64,000 nucleotides of DNA from Antedon mediterranea (taxonomy: Eukaryota > Animalia > Echinodermata). Below the pieces are notes generated by a model that saw nothing but the letters and a program-made list of their open reading frames with translations, was not told the origin of the DNA and ran no database searches. The translations under genes were made by a program, and so were the position numbers. Below, one piece after another: positions 62,281-64,000 of this stretch (positions within the stretch are counted from its first letter, which is position 1; every line of letters begins with the position of its first letter). The stretch lies in contig NC_092673.1 in assembly GCF_964355755.1 (NCBI RefSeq), positions 25,355,648-25,419,647 on the forward strand. The letters run 5' to 3'.

Positions 62281-62352
62281 GAGAGTTCGGTGTAATGTTA
62301 TGTATCTAGCCTCTCACATAGTTGAGATCGCTGGTTCAATTCCCACTGAGAG
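62281..62352 (+). repeat. Degenerate tRNA-derived (SINE-head-like) sequence
   Basis: A-box-like GGTGTAATG and B-box GGTTCAATTCC at tRNA spacing; no convincing cloverleaf. Confidence 0.35.
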
Positions 62353-62479
62353 TTTTTTCTTTATTATTTTTTATTTTTTTGTGGACATTGATTTTTAACC
62401 CTGATCCTTCAAAATTTAACCACAATTATATGATGAGTCATTGTACTCTAGTAGCTAGATCAACTTTCGTATGCACTTT

Positions 62480-63170
62480 GAGGTCCAGAGAATTTGACTT
62501 CAGAAATTGGTTTAGGGTGGTCAAACAATCATTTTTGGCTTGGTTACACATTTTGAAAATGTGGCGAAAGGTCAAAAGGTCAGGGTGAAAGGTCATAAGA
62601 CCAAACACCAATATGTCCTTAAATCTCAACAACCATTGGTCACAGCGAAGTAATTTTGGTCTCAAATTGATCAGAAGGTATACATTTATATTCAGTCTAA
62701 TGGGACATTTTAGTCAAAAATGACCGGAAATGCCATTTCTGACCTTTGACCCACACCTCAGGGCATGTATGTATCTCCATAACTACTGATCGTAGACACT
62801 TAATTTTGGTCTTAAATTGTTTGAAATAAATATTTATTATTTTGTAGCACATTTTTAAAAATGTTACAAAAGGTCAAAGGGTCAAGGTCAAAGGTTATAT
62901 GAACAAATAAAAATAGATACTTGTATCTCGGCAACCACTCGTCGCAGCAAGTCAATTTTAGTCTCAAAATGTTCAGAAGGCATGCTTTCATATTCAATCT
63001 AATAGGACATTTTAGTCAAAAATTATCAGAAATGCCATTTCTGACCTTTGACCCACATATCATGGCATCTTCATATCTCTGTAAGTACTGGTCGTAGAAA
63101 CTTAAATTTGATATCAAATTGTTCGAAATATACATATTTACATTCATTGTAATAGAAAATGTGGTTAAAA
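62480..63170. repeat. About 300-bp tandem repeat resembling the 41-44 kb units
   Basis: GGACATTTTAGTCAAAAA..ATGCCATTTCTGACCTTTGACCCACA occurs near 62703 and 63005. Confidence 0.75.
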
Positions 63171-64000
63171 GATGAACAGAAATACTATTACTAATGTTTC
63201 AAACAAAAAACATATCTCTACATAACTTATCCTTAGACAGTAATGTTATGCAATAACTGATACTTTAAATTGTTTCAATTTCAAGTACTAGTTATTGCTG
63301 TCCCCAAGAACATTTTGATAGAAACGTCAAGCTCAACAGTTCTTTTCAGAATGCTAGAAGTAACTAGCCATGTGTATCCGATTAAACTCCCCGGGCATTT
63401 ATTGTTCAAAGGGCAGGGGAGGCATCTTTATTTGTGGTATAATATGGTAATATGTATAATCAAATAAATACCACCTAGATGTAAAAAAAAATACAGCATA
63501 ATTAATATCAAAAAGTGAAAAAAATGCTTGGTAAATTGTAGATTATGGTAGTTAATGTAATGTGTTGTGATACAATTATTGTGTAAATGCATGTGGCGGG
63601 CGTATTCCACATGGTGTTCTATTAGAGGGAATGGTGCCGTTTATTTGAGAGATTCGTTTTCTTCTTTATGCTTTTTAACGAAATGGTTCTGTCTTTTAGA
63701 ATAAAAGTGACACTGTCATAGATAACATTAAATGGATCTTCTCTTCCAGGTGCCAGTATAATGATATAAAACAATGAAATATCATTATCCTGACACAATT
63801 GCACTCATAATGGATCTTCATTCTATCATCTGTTTGTTTGTGACTACAATTTGACAATCTTTTGCATATTTTTAAATGCCAATACATAGCTTCATTACTA
63901 TTGTACAATATGTCCAGCTTTCCTGAAAACACCCTTGTGTACTGTAGTACAGTGTTGTAGTATGATTTTATCATGATAACTTCTGATGCTTTTATTGTCA

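Noticed and set aside
62281-62352. Functional tRNA gene
   Set aside because: The stems do not pair convincingly; kept only as a low-confidence SINE-like head.
54440-64000. Scattered 60-90 aa ORFs
   Set aside because: Low-complexity AT-rich translations with no domains or consistent exon chain that I could support.

Overview
AT-rich eukaryotic (animal) genomic DNA. The repeat families suggest a marine invertebrate, possibly an echinoderm (inference). There are no prokaryotic genes, rRNA or CRISPR arrays. About two-thirds of the window is transposable elements, many nested. (1) A BEL/Pao LTR retrotransposon (6548-23012, TSD GACAT) carries two DNA-element insertions in its 5' LTR and a three-level stack inside gag: a 7-bp-TSD element, a TA-TSD element, and a CR1-group LINE. 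(2) A minus-strand Gypsy element (24010-34552) has an atypical HHDD RT motif, no matching TSD, and a young non-autonomous relative inserted in its own 3' LTR. (3) There are several LINEs, two with 2A-like NPGP peptides, plus MITEs and a 3-kb octamer-rich foldback. Host genes: an apparently intact five-exon class C GPCR (48161-53704, about 1089 aa) with a 37-aa tandem-repeat tail; the last two exons of a PARP14/15-like mono-ADP-ribosyltransferase, whose upstream exons I cannot find; and duplicated Glu-rich minus-strand exons at 1.1-5.8 kb. I see no clearly new biological system. The best leads are unusual retroelement biology and the GPCR tail. All coordinates were read by eye.
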